Shown: positions 45,400 through 59,862, counted from the stretch's first letter. The stretch is DNA of 64,000 bases from Eledone cirrhosa (GCA_964016885.1 OZ024742.1:313844001-313908000), one strand, 5' to 3'. Made by a program: numbers and translations. The notes: a model not told the origin generated them from the letters alone.

Positions 45400-47150
45400 G
45401 AAAACAGCTAGAATCCACTCGGGTGGGCTGTACCTGTAATTTAATGGGCTGACTTTATCGCAAGCTGTGTCAAACTGAATCTTCTTGAGTGTTATATAAA
45501 GATTACAAGTATCTGTAGAATACTCAGACACGTTCATTTAATAACCAAGACAAACAACAGGCTCACTCATCGTTGATCGATTAGCTGGAATAATCATCGT
45601 CGAAACAGACGTAAATGTATTTTATTTGTCAACATGTTCTGCTTTATAAATTTTCTTGAATTGACGCTTGGCACGACAGGACAACAATTCTTCAATGCTG
45701 GAAACTGTTAAGATTTTTAGCTAAGTTACGATACCTTCAAATACCATTCCTGTTTTAGTTACAGATAAAGAATAATATTATTATAATTGAGTTGGTTTAA
45801 TTAAATTTCATTTCAGGAATTCATTAATTACAAAAAAAGTATGTGTTGAAAATTTTCTTTTATATTTTCAATCGACAATACGGATATTAATTAAATTTAT
45901 TGCCTCAACTTTGCGAAGTTTTGATAGTCTAAATAATTCTTAAAACATTTAATTATTATTGTTTTAAAACAAGAAATGATTTTTTGAACTAATATTATAT
46001 TCTAAAAATGTTAAATAACAATGTTAAATAACCACAAGATAACATTTTATAGTGTTACTTTTTAAGACCAGGTGAGCCCATGTAGTCTTTTTAAGGTGAT
46101 ATAGGCCTGCAGAATACAATATGTTCATTCATTATGTAACCATTTTGATACAGGATTTAGAATGTGATCACTTTTGTTTCTACGATACAAATCTGTTTTT
46201 TTCACAATGTTCAAATATAAAAATTAAAAATATTAACAATTAAAAAAAAAATAAGATAGTGAAAGTGATACCAAACCCAATACGTCAGCCATTCCACTTA
46301 AGCTGACTCCTCAGGCGTGATGCCATCATTCCATTTTGATTGAGGAAAATGGCAGTATGGGGACAAAGAACAGCGGTCTCAATAAATACAGGGACAAAAG
46401 TTTATCTGCAATAACCTTTGATTACATTGTATTCAAATCATGAATTTACTGATTTGCTGATGAAAGAATTAGTTCCTTCTAAATTCTTATTTTCAAAATT
46501 AATCAAAACATATTGGCAGGGATCGTTTTCATAAAAACATAGTCAAAAATGTTTAGGCCGGTAAGATGAGATTTAGAATGTGACACAAACTAAAATGTTA
46601 ATCACACAGCAATGCCTGCACATATTTTTAGCAGGTTGAGTAACTACTTAGAAGTTCTTTCATCCGCTCATCTAATTTTCTCATGTTTTACGCACTGTTT
46701 GTACATATTTGCTGATACAGACCATCACTAGTTTTCTCAGATTCTACTAGCTTTTATGTCCAAGTCAGATCGTCGACTAAACCGACATCACAACCTGATA
46801 AACCCGGGAAAGAAAGTGGGAGTTTGCTAGAAATTCAGCAGGATAAAATCAAGATCTTTCAAACGTCGAATGAAACCATTACAGGATCAACTGCCATAAA
46901 GCATCACATCTCATAGACATAAAAAATACTCGAGCTATTGAATACGTATGTACTAGCATTAGTGAGAGTGTCGGACTTCTAGCTCTAGTCAGAACTTCTA
47001 ACCTAGGAAAGTGAAATTCTCGATCCGAAATCCAACTTTTCAGGGTGAACAGATCTCCAACAACGGAGCAAATAATCTTGTTTTTTTTTTTGCTAAACTC
47101 TACCAAGTCTCTAACAACCCCTGCAGTCAGTTCCATATCCAGTTATGTTA
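45400..47150 (-). pseudogene. Highly decayed LINE (EN to RT) remnant
   Basis: LVEFSKKN-like endonuclease remnant and FDDD-like RT remnant in the expected order; many stops. Confidence 0.3.
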
Positions 47151-47410
47151 ACTATAACTTCCCCCTTGACACAAATAATTCAGGATCAAATAGTATAGAT
47201 GCTGCTGCGTAAGTTCTCTCCATTTAAATTTAATGAATTATGGACTAACCTATGGAACATATTTATATTGGTGCTGCTCAGGTGTTGCTCCATTCAAGAG
47301 GAGACCACTAATCATGAAAGTACTCAATGCTTGGGAAGATGCAGAGTGGGTATAAAGATTGGCGCCGCGGTCGGGAAATTACATCTCTCTCCCTCTCCCC
47401 CCTCTCTCCT

Positions 47411-47444
<34 letters not shown>

Positions 47445-48043
47445 GGGAGCGTAACGTGCAGTTACTGTAGGTTCACCAAGGTGAGCACTCGATGCGTAGA
47501 TTAACGTCTGTAACGAGGTGCAGAGCTAAACAGAGTGTAAATATAATAATAAAAGGGCGATTTGTTAAGTATTCATTATGTTTATTGAGTGGTGACGCAC
47601 GATCGTTGTTGATCGGCTCAAGGTTCGATCTGCATCGATCTGGCCCGATTAAATAAACGTAATGAAGACTTAAAAAATCACCCTTTTATTTTATATATAT
47701 ATATAAATACATATATGAATATATGCATTCCAATCTAAATATATACGTACACATGTGTACTTACACGTACAAGCAATATATGTTTCCGTTGATACACAGT
47801 AGTACGATGACATAATACAGCTATGTACAAATACAAGAGCACATACATAGATTAATCGTGTTGATAGTGACTTGCTTTCTAATCCTTTTCAGAATGTGAA
47901 TTGTCTCTTTATCGGAAATGACAGAGTAGATAAGCATTCGCATTCTGAAAAACAATGATGAATGTTTCTTTAGAAAAGCATCCACCTCGGAAACCTCTAC
48001 CTACTTCCGTCGATATAATTAAATCTTTTGATCATGCATGCAT

Positions 48044-48125
<82 letters not shown>

Positions 48126-48128
48126 ATG

Positions 48129-48185
<57 letters not shown>

Positions 48186-48190
48186 TTGTA

Positions 48191-48223
<33 letters not shown>

Positions 48224-48347
48224 ATATATATATATATTTATATATATACGTGTGTGTCTCTGTGTGTGTGTGTACATAAATATGTATGTATATATATATA
48301 TATATACATACAAATATATATATATATATATATACACACACAGACAC

Positions 48348-48379
<32 letters not shown>

Positions 48380-48387
48380 GTATATAC

Positions 48388-48426
<39 letters not shown>

Positions 48427-48451
48427 TTCATGCATGATCACCATTATTATT

Positions 48452-48776
48452 GTGAATTGACAGTATCGGTAGAGGGTCGGACGCCATGCTTTGAAGCATA
48501 GAGTTACGGCCTTTGCCAGTCTGAGTTCAAATCCCGCCGAGGTTAACTTTGCCTTTCATCCTTACGGGGTCGATAAAATAAAGTACCAGTAATACACTGG
48601 GTAATTGCTGGCCTTGTGCCAAAAGTAGAAACAATTATTATTAGTTACATGCATATATATGCATATATATATATATATGCATATATACGAGTATATATAC
48701 TTATACATATTTATATGTGTATATGTATTAATATATATATATGTGTGCGTGTGTGACGTGTTTATACACACACACA

Positions 48777-48825
<49 letters not shown>

Positions 48826-50183
48826 GTTTAATCCATGGAAATAAATGAGAAAATAATTGAAGTGAATGGCCAACACAATATGGAACAAAAGAAACCAGAA
48901 AATCAAAATTGAAAACAAGAAAACCACCGAATGAAAGAAATGAAAGAAAAAAACACTAAAGATATTATGAACTAATAATAATGCTAATTATAATATATAT
49001 TGAGTAGTTAAGAAACCAAGTGAACGACACAGAAGTTGAAATAAATTGAAATATTTTATGCTAACTAAAGAAGTGAAGACTTAGAAAGTTAGTTGTAGTT
49101 GTTTGTCTTTATGTATTTATATAACGAAAGGAGATAGACAAAAGAACATGACTCCGCAATCAATGGTAAAACTGATAGATGTATAGACTAGAAATCATTA
49201 TTAGCCGGCAATATCGGTAGAGCGTCAGACACCAATGCTTTGCAGCATAGAGTTTTGGCCCTTTATTTCTGAGTTCAAATCCCGCTGAATTTACTTTGCC
49301 TTTCATCCTTACAGGGTCGATAAAATAAAGTACCATCACGCACTGGCATCGATTTAATCGTCTTTCCCCTACCCCAAAATTGCTGGCCTTGTACCTATAT
49401 AAGAAACCATTATTAGCCGGCAGTATATGTAGAGTGTCAGGCACCATGCTTTGTAGCATAGAGTTATGGCCTTTTATGTTCTAACTTCAAATCCCGCTGA
49501 GGTTAACTTTGCTTTTCATCCTTACGGAGTCGATAAAATAAAGTACCAGTAATGTACTGGGATAATTGCTGGACTTGTGTCAAAAGTAGAAACAATTATT
49601 AGCTAACAATACTCTGCTGCTCACGTGTGGTTGTGTAATAATGTAGGAAATTATTGCTGATATTCAAGAAAAGTAGAGGAGGGGCAAACATGATCGAGTC
49701 TCGTACAAATTACTTAACAGTATTTAATTTCAAATTCTCCCAGGATTAATAAAAGTGCTACTGGACGTGTATTTTAATGTTTGATAAAAAGACTAACCTT
49801 CTATACAATTTTGTGCAAATAATAGAAATCTGTCTTTGAAAGCACAGTATAGACTAGTGTTGTTTAGCATTTAAACCGGCCGTATCTGGCCAGAATTCTC
49901 TAACTTCTGTCTGTTCAAACCAACCATAACTGGCCACTATATATAATATCAAAATAATATTTAAATTGCGTAGCTTCGATATTATATGAGATAATAATTG
50001 TTTCTACTTTAGGCACAAGGCCAGCAATTACCCAGTACATTACTGGTATTTTATTTTATCGACCCCGTAAGGATGAAAGGCAAAGTTAACCTCGGCGGGA
50101 TTTGAACTCAGACTGTAAAGGGACGTAACTATGCTAGAAAGCATGGCGTCCGACCCTCTACCGATACTGCCAATCCACCGCCC
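48452..50183. mobile_element. Four main-family SINEs (48452-48640 +, 49205-49412 +, 49415-49600 +, 49993-50183 -)
   Basis: Main SINE consensus. Confidence 0.85.
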
Positions 50184-50689
50184 TTTAATACTATATTAAT
50201 CCAGGAATACAAGAATGGTGGATTGTTAGAATTGTTAGAGCCTCGTATAAAATGTTTTCCATTTCGTTCTCCCCGAGGTCGATAAAATAAAATGCCAGTT
50301 ATATACTGATGTCGACATACTCGATATTCCCGCCACATTAAATTATTGGTCTTCTACTTAAATTAGAAACCATTATTTTTCATCTTATTATGTTGCTTTC
50401 TTAAAATTTGATAATGTATTTCTGTTATCCTTTTTAATGTGGAGATTTGGCTGCTATTTCCAGCATGTCAAGCTACCGAGCAGAAGCTACCACGATTGTA
50501 TAAGTGTTGACTGCTAGAAGAAAACTTAAAATAACATTTTTAAAATCAGATTTGAAGACTTCACTATTTTAATTACTTGTGTACAACTTGTTAAAACTGA
50601 TGACCAATTCATTTCTAAATATTTAGATGAACTTACCTTTTAAAACTAGTTTTCACTTGATTTTGAGCAGTGATAAATTAGAGACAACG

Positions 50690-50721
<32 letters not shown>

Positions 50722-50751
50722 AATACAAACACACACATACACAGAGGGAGT

Positions 50752-50817
<66 letters not shown>

Positions 50818-51656
50818 GAGAGAGAGAGAGAGAGGTGGTGGGGTGTCTATGTGTGTCTGAGAGGTGTCTATGTGTGTATGTGTGTGTGTGTAACGGAAAC
50901 TTGGCTATATGCTGGAGAAAAGAGAAACGGAATTAAAGTGAAAGGAAGAGATAGGGATATATATATTTAGTAAAACAGAAGAGATATGAACAAATATATA
51001 AAGAGGAGGTTGAGACAGGTAGGGTATTGAACAAATGTGTGGAAGTGAGAGAAACAGTGACGAAGGAGACAATGTGAGCAAGAAAGAAAGAGAGAGAGAG
51101 GGATATATATATATATAGAGAGAGAAAGAGAGAGAAAGAGAGAGAAAGAGACATAGATAGAGATAGAGAGAGATAGGGAGAGAGAGGTAGCTTTGTAGAA
51201 AGACAGGAGGGATCTGAATAAATATGAAAAGATAGCGAGATAGCAAATGCATTGAACAAGAGAGAAAAGAGTGAAAGAGGAGTGAGGGAGAGAGAGAGGG
51301 AGAGAGCGAGGGAGAGAGAGTGAGGGAGAGAGGGTGAGGGAGAGAGAGTGAGGGGGAAAGAGAGAGTGAGAGAGTGAGGGAAAGAGAGTGAGGGCGAGAG
51401 AGTGAGGGTGAGAGGGTGAGAGTGAGGGAGAAAATAAAATCTACAGTGAAATAAAAATAGTATAAGACAATTAAAAATCTAATTAAGAATTTATTCCTTG
51501 TTAATGGAATAATTACAGCTGATGTCAATGGCAACCTTCACGTCATTTCAGTTGTCATTTAAAGGTCATGAAGGTCACAAGAGGTCAGAAAAGATGAGAT
51601 GATGAAGGACAAATAAGGAAAACTTTCACCTTGTGTACATTGTTAATTATTTTGTA

Positions 51657-51730
<74 letters not shown>

Positions 51731-52149
51731 GTTTGATGTTGGACGAATCGAGCACTCAATACTAATAAGGTCCAATAAATAAATTTATTGAAATATTTAC
51801 ATCTTATGAGAATCTGTTCATTAGGTTTCGTGAATAATTATATTCATTCTCCAGCAGGTCTCGTTTGCGCAAGCAATGAAATCAATAATCAAGATGGCCT
51901 CCAGGGCCATGTAAATTCTCATATAAGACTGGACAAGAATTTCTCTTATTTTTCAATTTTAAATAGCTTTTGCTTAATATATTAGGATTTAATGAATATG
52001 TCCGCCCTTAAACTTATGCTTATTTAATAGAGTTGATATTTGTGAAATTTTGTAATGGAAAATAACGGGAAAAATGAATAGGGCAAAACAGAAAAAAATA
52101 ATGTTGAGAGTATAATTTGTGCTAGCAAGAGGGGAAGAGTGGGAGAATT

Positions 52150-52520
52150 TGCTTGGTCCCTCACTTGCTTGGTCCCTCACTTGTAAACCTTGTCACATCG
52201 ATTGACGTCGCCAGTCTTAGTCTTTTTTATTGTTATTACCATAGGAAGTGGTCTGATGAACTTTCTCTTTTGATTCTAGATCACTTTGTGTCATTTCACC
52301 TAACTCGAAACTCACAGCGCCTTTATCCAGATGCTGGAAATCTTTCTACAGTCGTAGCTTTCCTCGAACTGCCAGAATTTGGAACTCTCTTCCATTCTTC
52401 CATCACATTATTTTCTCCTTCTCATTTCCTGAACTCTTTCAAATCTAAAGTAAATCCATTCTTTTCGTCTTATTTTCTCTCTTTTTATAGTCTCTTAAAG
52501 CAAAAGGTTGTAAAGCCTTG
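52150..52520 (+). pseudogene. Jockey/CR1-like LINE 3' fragment
   Basis: DVASLSLFYCYYH..SDEL...PRTARIWNSLP...LNSFKSKVN across a frameshift. Confidence 0.75.
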
Positions 52521-52640
52521 CTTGGAATTTTAAGGAAGTAGTGGTTCACAAGGTGTAAGATCATCGATGAAATTAGTGGTAGGTGATATCTATCGAAGAA
52601 GAGGAATGAAGTGGAGCGATACTAAGCTTGTCATATATTA

Positions 52641-52818
52641 CGTATCGGTAGAGGGTCGGACGCCATGCTTTGAAGCATAGAGTTACCTCCCTTTATGATC
52701 TGAGTTCAAATCCCGCCGAGGTTAACTTTGCCTTTCATCCTTACAGGGTCGATAAAATAAAGTACCAGTAATGCACTGGGGTAATTGCTGGCCTTGTGCC
52801 AAAAGTAGGAACAATTAC
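52641..52818 (+). mobile_element. tRNA-derived SINE, 5'-truncated
   Basis: Main SINE consensus. Confidence 0.85.
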
Positions 52819-52948
52819 TAGGGCGGGATCTTGGCCACAGTTATCTCCAACATACGTATCCGTAGCTTAGGAGTCCGAGAGATTGAACTTGTATTCGTTG
52901 TGTACAATAATAAAAACCTTGTCATATATTATGTTGTGTTAAAATAAT

Positions 52949-53133
52949 TGTTTCTACTTTAGGCACAAGGCCAGCAATTACCCAGTGCATTACTGGTACT
53001 TTATTTTATCGACCCCGTAAGGATGAAAGGCAAAGTCAACCTCGGCGAGATTTGAACTCAGATCGTAAAGGGACGTAACTATGTTTGGAAAGCATGGCGT
53101 CCGACCCTCTACCGATACTGCCAATCCACCGCC
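52949..53133 (-). mobile_element. Full-length short-form SINE with perfect 18-bp TSD
   Basis: ATGTTGTGTTAAAATAAT at 52931-52948 and 53134-53151; 5' end GGCGGTGGATTGGC. Confidence 0.92.
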
Positions 53134-53360
53134 ATGTTGTGTTAAAATAATGACCTGGGATATATGGGGCACGGTTCAGCTTCATCTGTCTGACGTACAA
53201 TTTTTGGGGAACTGTGTTTTTATTCTGGGATGTGACGGAGGACAAGAAAACGATGTGGAGTTTAGCCGGGTTGAATTTAGTGATTCATTTTGTACAAGAA
53301 TTTCAATGAAGAGGTGAAGATGAGTACGTTCAAGAATGGACTGCTTTATCTTAATATACT

Positions 53361-53402
<42 letters not shown>

Positions 53403-53436
53403 CTACATGATGTTAATAACTCTGTACATGCATGTA

Positions 53437-53490
<54 letters not shown>

Positions 53491-53741
53491 TACATGCATG
53501 TACAGAGCTATTAACATCATATAATCTATTTATTTGACGTGACGTAGGCTATCAGCACCAAGGAATGGTGTGAACATTTTAATCTTAACATTAATAAATA
53601 TGCATGGCCGACACACATACACAAATATCATGTACGCTTGTAATACAATATTTACCTAACGTACATAAATATATTAATAAAAAAAAAGCCGATGTAATGT
53701 GTTAGATCTTCATTATTCATTTTTTTTGTATTTACCATACT

Positions 53742-53932
53742 GTTTTCCACCTTTAATATTTCTATTACTTAGAATATACATTTTATAAATCTCATAAAAT
53801 CAAAAGTGTGTATTATCATCTGGTTGATGCTTGCTAGAACGATAGATTGGCGTTGTTGTTGTTTTTCAAAAGCAACTGACGCGCGGAATCGTTCTGCTGC
53901 ATTTCTTTATTTTCATGGATACCGGATATTAA
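53742..53932. repeat. Dispersed repeat shared with 62942-63133
   Basis: ttttccacctttaatatttctattacttagaatatac...tttcatggataccggatattaa at both loci. Confidence 0.8.
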
Positions 53933-54484
53933 AATTTTCTGACCGTTGAAGTCAGCCATTATTAGCTTGTTATCAAATTGCTTTTGTTATATTTTAGATT
54001 TAGGATTATATTTGGCAATTTCCATTAATTTGATAACGGTTTTTCTCAGTTTTCGTTTATGAGGTACGGGAATGATAGTGTTTTATTCTATGATGCTTCT
54101 TATTGTAAATGCATGTTTAGCCCACATGATATTGTTTCATATATGTCCAATGTATCCATTAACTTTCTTGTCTAAAATAGTATTTATATATTACACTTTA
54201 CAATCGTGATCTTTTCTCATCAGGTAGATATATTTGTGGCTGTTGTTATTAAACTTTTTACTATTTTGGCTTTTGTAATCAGTTATTGGAATCAGTTTAT
54301 GGTTAAGAGTAATGCATTGTAGTTACAGTTTTCTGATTAGGAGTAATACATAATGTAATATTCTGTGGTTAGGAGTAATGGAAGGCTTGACTATTCTATA
54401 ACAAACATTTAGTTACACATAATGTTTATTGTTGTGTGATTTTGAGGATATACAGATTGTATTCAGGCATCATTAATTAAGTTT

Positions 54485-55085
54485 GTGGATTGGCAGTATC
54501 GGTAGAGGGTCGGACGCCATGCTTTCCACCATAGTTACATCCCTTTACGATCTGAATTCAAATCCCGCCGAGGTTGACTTTGCCTTTCATCATTACTCAG
54601 ACTCAGACTCAGAAGCTCCCGCGTCTTGCGACGCATGAGGCAATCATTGTGTTCCATTGCGTTCGGTCAGCAGCCAGTTGCACAGCGTCCCGCCATTGTC
54701 TGTTTGTCGCTCGCAGGTCCCTCTCAACTGTCTGGCGCCAGTTCATATTGGGTCGCCCTCTCCGTCTGCTTCCCTGTGGGCTCCATTTAAGTACTTGGTT
54801 CGCCAGTCTCTCCGGAGGAAGTCTCAAAGCGTGTCGAAACCAGCCCAGGCGTCGCTTGCAGATGGTAGAAGAGACTAGCTGCTCGTTGGTGCGGTTCCTG
54901 ACTTCCTGGTTTGTTACATGGTCACTCCATTTAATCCCCAGGATCTTTCGCAGACACCTGGAATCGAATGCGTCCAACTTCTTGTCTTGGCTGGTCTTAA
55001 GGTGCCATCCTTACTGGGTCGATAAAATAAAGTACCAGTAATGCACTGGGTAATTGCTGGCCTTGTGCCTAAAGTAGAAACAATT
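54485..55085 (+). mobile_element. Main-family SINE split by an RTE insertion
   Basis: SINE 5' half ends tgcctttcatc at ~54591 and resumes catccttactgggtcgataa at 55006. Confidence 0.88.
54598..55005 (-). mobile_element. 5'-truncated RTE/RTE-X LINE with (TCTGAG)n tail
   Basis: Open frame LDAFDSRCLRKILGIKWSDHVTNQEV...RRLGWFRHALR...RRRGRP..WRQTV...AADRTQW; TSD catcattact / catccttact. Confidence 0.9.
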
Positions 55086-55151
55086 AATTAAGTTTCTATA
55101 TCGATGAATATTTAGTTTTACTTCTGCTGCCACTACTACTACTACTACTAC

Positions 55152-55210
<59 letters not shown>

Positions 55211-55256
55211 TTGCTGCGGCTGCTGCTCCCGCTCCTATTACTATCTCACTCTTTCA

Positions 55257-55307
<51 letters not shown>

Positions 55308-55704
55308 CCCCCCCACCCACACATACCCCCCCCCCCCACACACACCCACATACACACACACACACATATATATATAAAGGTGTCGATCGTCAGATCAGAA
55401 CAAGTAAACAATGTTTCCATTGATCTTTCCATCACTGCTACTATCCACTGGCCGTAACTCATAGCAGAAAGAGACGAGAAAGAGAAGAGATTGAACAATT
55501 ACCGCAAAACATTCTGCGCGATTCGTTAACGATTCCACCAATCCACCGCCCCTGGACTGGAACTTTTGACCACAAAAGGATCAAAAGCAATGTTGACCAC
55601 GGCAGGATTTGAACTCAAAGCGCAATGAGCTGGAACAAATACGGAGGCATTTGATCCGATACCCCTGACGACTCTATCCATCATAAATTATAATTAAAAG
55701 ATTG

Positions 55705-55890
55705 TAGATTGGCAGTATCGGTAGAGGGTCGGACACCATGCTTTAAAGCATAGAGTTACCTCCCTTTATGATCTGAGTTCAAATCCCTGCGAGGTTAACG
55801 TTGCCTTTCATCCTTACGGGGTCGATAAAATAAAGTACCAGTAATACACTGGGATAATTGATGGCCTTGTGCCAAAAGTAGAAACAATTA
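55705..55890 (+). mobile_element. tRNA-derived SINE with TSD aattataattaaa(a)gat
   Basis: Main SINE consensus plus flanking duplication. Confidence 0.85.
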
Positions 55891-56104
55891 TAATTAAAGA
55901 TATTAAAAACAAATATTCTGTATAATGTATAAGGTTGTTAACATGACTCAAAACATGTCAGCGAGAGCCTGCTTAGTCAATACAGAGTATATATTCACAC
56001 CCCTCAACCTAAAATAAGACAGGTTCAACATTAATCTCGCTCTCAGTGCAGTATCTGTATTTATACAGATACAACTTTATCATACACTTCGGCTACTAGC
56101 GCAC

Positions 56105-56179
<75 letters not shown>

Positions 56180-56335
56180 AATATTTTCGAAACAGCGAGT
56201 GGATTTGAAATTATTAGAAATGTTAGCTATCGCCGTATTTTGACTAAAGAAATTAAAGAAATTATTTAGCCTAATAGTGGGGTTAAGAACCCTCGGAGAA
56301 ATGGAAAAAGATTAGTATTAACGTACATGGGACTC

Positions 56336-56372
<37 letters not shown>

Positions 56373-56436
56373 AGCGAGTAGGACCCCGACGGCTGAGCTC
56401 AAGCCGTTTCGACGGCTAATTCTGGACTCATATATA

Positions 56437-56467
<31 letters not shown>

Positions 56468-56736
56468 GATAATAAGGGCGCTGCGGAGTTGCAAATGGGT
56501 TACGTATGAAAAAAGTTTGTCCTTCATCAGTGATCTTCCAACCATCATAGGCATTTCATCGCTTTAAAGACCATATACCTCCGGTTGGTGCGAGCAACGG
56601 CTAAAAAAAGTCGTTGGGACACGTAAATAAAGGGGACGCGAGGGTAAACAAACAAAATGGTGAAGCAACAGTAAGTGAGGAAGAAAGAGACAAGTCCCAG
56701 ATATATATGTGAGTGTTTTTTTGTGTTCCATCTATG

Positions 56737-56923
<187 letters not shown>

Positions 56924-56964
56924 AAACAGATGGAACACAAAAAAAAACACTCACACACACAAAC

Positions 56965-57007
<43 letters not shown>

Positions 57008-57011
<4 letters not shown>

Positions 57012-57526
57012 AAAGAATAGAGGTGTAACACACAAGTTATTATATATTGGTAAACGGAATAGAAAATGCTGACAAATTGTTCACAGTTGAAAAATGGTTT
57101 AATTAGGAATAAAAGAGTATTAGTGATTGTATGGGTTAGTATTCAGTTGTGGTATTAAGTTTTTAAGTTTTTACCGGTTGCGCATTTCTAAATGCTTTTC
57201 AAAAATAATTTTGAGATAGAGTGTCCGTGCTGTTTGCTCTGATCTGATTAGTTTTGGGAATTCTACCTGTTTTTATGTTAAAAAAATGGCTCCAGCGTTA
57301 TTTTTGTGTTGTAAAAATGCTTGTGGTCAAAACAATTTTGATTGGTCGGTAGAGGTCATGTGAATGTAAAAAGTTGATTTTGCCCCAAGACTGTTTTTAT
57401 GTTAAAATGTTAGAAAAGTGGCTCCAGCAAAAATTATGGTCAAAACAATTTTGATTGGTCGGTAGAGGTCATGTGGATAAAAAATTGGTTTTGCGCCAAG
57501 ATTGAGAAATGACTCTTTCACAACAA

Positions 57527-57590
<64 letters not shown>

Positions 57591-57659
57591 TAGTAGTAGT
57601 AAGGTGTTCGATGCTGCGACAATAGCCACCAGCGATGTGTGTCAAATGGCTATTAAGAT

Positions 57660-57693
<34 letters not shown>

Positions 57694-57988
57694 ACATACA
57701 CACAGCAGAGTCATTCGAAGGTCAAAAGATATTTTTCAGCTTTTGTCTTATACGGAGAAGTGCGTGTGTGTGTGTGTGTGTGTGTATAAGTCTCTTTGTA
57801 TGTTGATGTACGCGTGTGTATGTGTTTGTGTATATATGTGTGTGTGTGTGTGTGTGCGTGTGTGGGTGGACCAGTATTTTTTTCCCCCCTGGTAAAATGG
57901 TGTACATTATTCGATTTTTTCAGTAAAATCGGTTCTCTTAATAGAACATCAACAATCTTAACAATAAAAGGTGTGAAATGATATTCAC

Positions 57989-58033
<45 letters not shown>

Positions 58034-58036
58034 TTT

Positions 58037-58075
<39 letters not shown>

Positions 58076-58434
58076 TACATACATATATATGCACATATAT
58101 TTTTTTGTATTGCACCATAGAGCATGTGTGTTTACGTGTGTCATTGTGTTAATATGTGGGTAGAGATGTGTGCTGATGTAGGTATGTATGTTGACGTGTG
58201 TATGTTGTGGGTTCGTCTTAGGGAGAAGTGTTTAGACGGGGTCCGTATTTGTTAATGAAGTAAGATTCCTTGCTGATGCGCTGGGTGTGGGTGGCATTAT
58301 CTTTAAATTTGTAGAGGGGAAAGATTCTGAAGTTGGGATGATTTTGGGCGGCGCAGGTATCAATGTGTTCACTCAGTGGTATTTTCCTGTATTCCTGTAT
58401 TGTCGCAGCATCGAACACCTTACTACTACTACTA

Positions 58435-58500
<66 letters not shown>

Positions 58501-58976
58501 TTGTTGTGAAAGAGTCATTTCTCAATCTTGGCGCAAAACCAATTTTTTATCCACATGACCTCTACCGACCAATCAAAATTGTTTTGACCATAATTTTTGC
58601 TGGAGCCACTTTTCTAACATTTTAACATAAAAACAGTCTTGGCGCAAAATCAACTTTTTACATTCACATGACCTCTACCGACCAATCAAAATTGTTTTGA
58701 CCACAAGCATTTTTACAACACAAAAATAACGCTGGAGCCATTTTTTTAACATAAAAACAGGTAGAATTCCCAAAACTAATCAGATCAGAGCAAACAGCAC
58801 GGACACTCTATCTCAAAATTATTTTTGAAAAGCATTTAGAAATGCGCAACCGGTAAAAACTTAAAAACTTAAAACCACAACTGAATACTAACCCATACAA
58901 TCACTAATACTCTTTTATTCCTAATTAAACCATTTTTCAACTGTGAACAATTTGTCAGCATTTTCTATTCCGTTTA

Positions 58977-58987
<11 letters not shown>
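57008..58987 (-). mobile_element. 5'-truncated Penelope-like element with inverted 5' pLTR and ~33-nt 3' tail
   Basis: ~585-bp near-identical inverted arms 57041-57624 / 58398-58987; GIY-YIG remnant between them; HHR-like motif in each arm; (TA)n flanks. Confidence 0.8.
58218..58397 (-). pseudogene. Penelope GIY-YIG endonuclease C-terminal remnant
   Basis: EYRKIPLSEHIDTCA...FRIFPLYK...QRISKESYFINKYGPRLN*, matching the PLE pattern H...R..KE.yFI......LN. Confidence 0.75.
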
Positions 58988-59019
<32 letters not shown>

Positions 59020-59079
59020 CGTATAATAAGAAAATTTTAAAAATAAATTTTTTAAAAAATTAACTTACTTAAATTTTCA

Positions 59080-59159
59080 TTCCAACTAATTAGTTTCTGC
59101 AATGGGATAAATACAGTTACGTAATGAACTGTTGAGAATTTCATTGCGTCATCAGGGAG
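59080..59159 (-). ncRNA. Type I hammerhead ribozyme (mirror copy)
   Basis: Near reverse complement of 59783-59862. Confidence 0.68.
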
Positions 59160-59782
59160 GTCATTCTCAGCCGAGTCTCCAGGCGATGCGCGGACACTGG
59201 CGACTCATATAAAAATAATAATAATTCGGTAAATGGAACAGCTATCGAGGACTGGATTCCAGCTACTGAAAATTCTCACTGCCACTGATCATATGGCCGA
59301 TTCTAAAGAATCAATCACGTGACACAGAGGCTAGTAAGTAGGAATGGGATGGTAAGATGACAGGCGCCTACTAACACCCCCCAAAAAAATTTAGAAGTGG
59401 TTTTGGCAGGTTTGCTCGACAAATCAGTGATTTGGAGATAAATATAGATAATTTAATATATCTACTAACATAAGCGCACAGATGTACGCTAATGCCAGCA
59501 AATACACAGGTTATGTCATAGTACCTAGGTGGTTCAATGCAGGAGAATGCAGAACAATAATATAAAAGACGTAAAATAAGAAAAGTTTACCATCCCATTC
59601 CTACTGACTAGCTTCTGTGTCACGTGATTGATTCTTTAGAATCGGCCATATGATCAGTGGCAGTGAGAATTTTCAGTAGCTGGAATCCAGTCCTCGATAG
59701 CTGTTCCATTTACCGAATTATTATTATTTTTATATGAGTCGCCAGTGTCCGCGCATCGCCTGGAGACTCGGCTGAGAATGAC

Positions 59783-59862
59783 CTCCCTGATGACGCAATG
59801 AAATTCTCAACAGTTCATTACGTAACTGTCTTTATCCCATTGCAGAAACTAATTAGTTGGAG
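59783..59862 (+). ncRNA. Type I hammerhead ribozyme with extended stem-loop II
   Basis: ctcc-CTGATGA-c-gcaatg...cattgc-a-GAAA-ctaattag-TT-ggag. Confidence 0.72.

Noticed and set aside
52250-52315. CTGATGA...CGAAAC as a hammerhead
   Set aside because: It lies in LINE coding sequence (SDEL...TRNS) and has no stem I, II or III pairing
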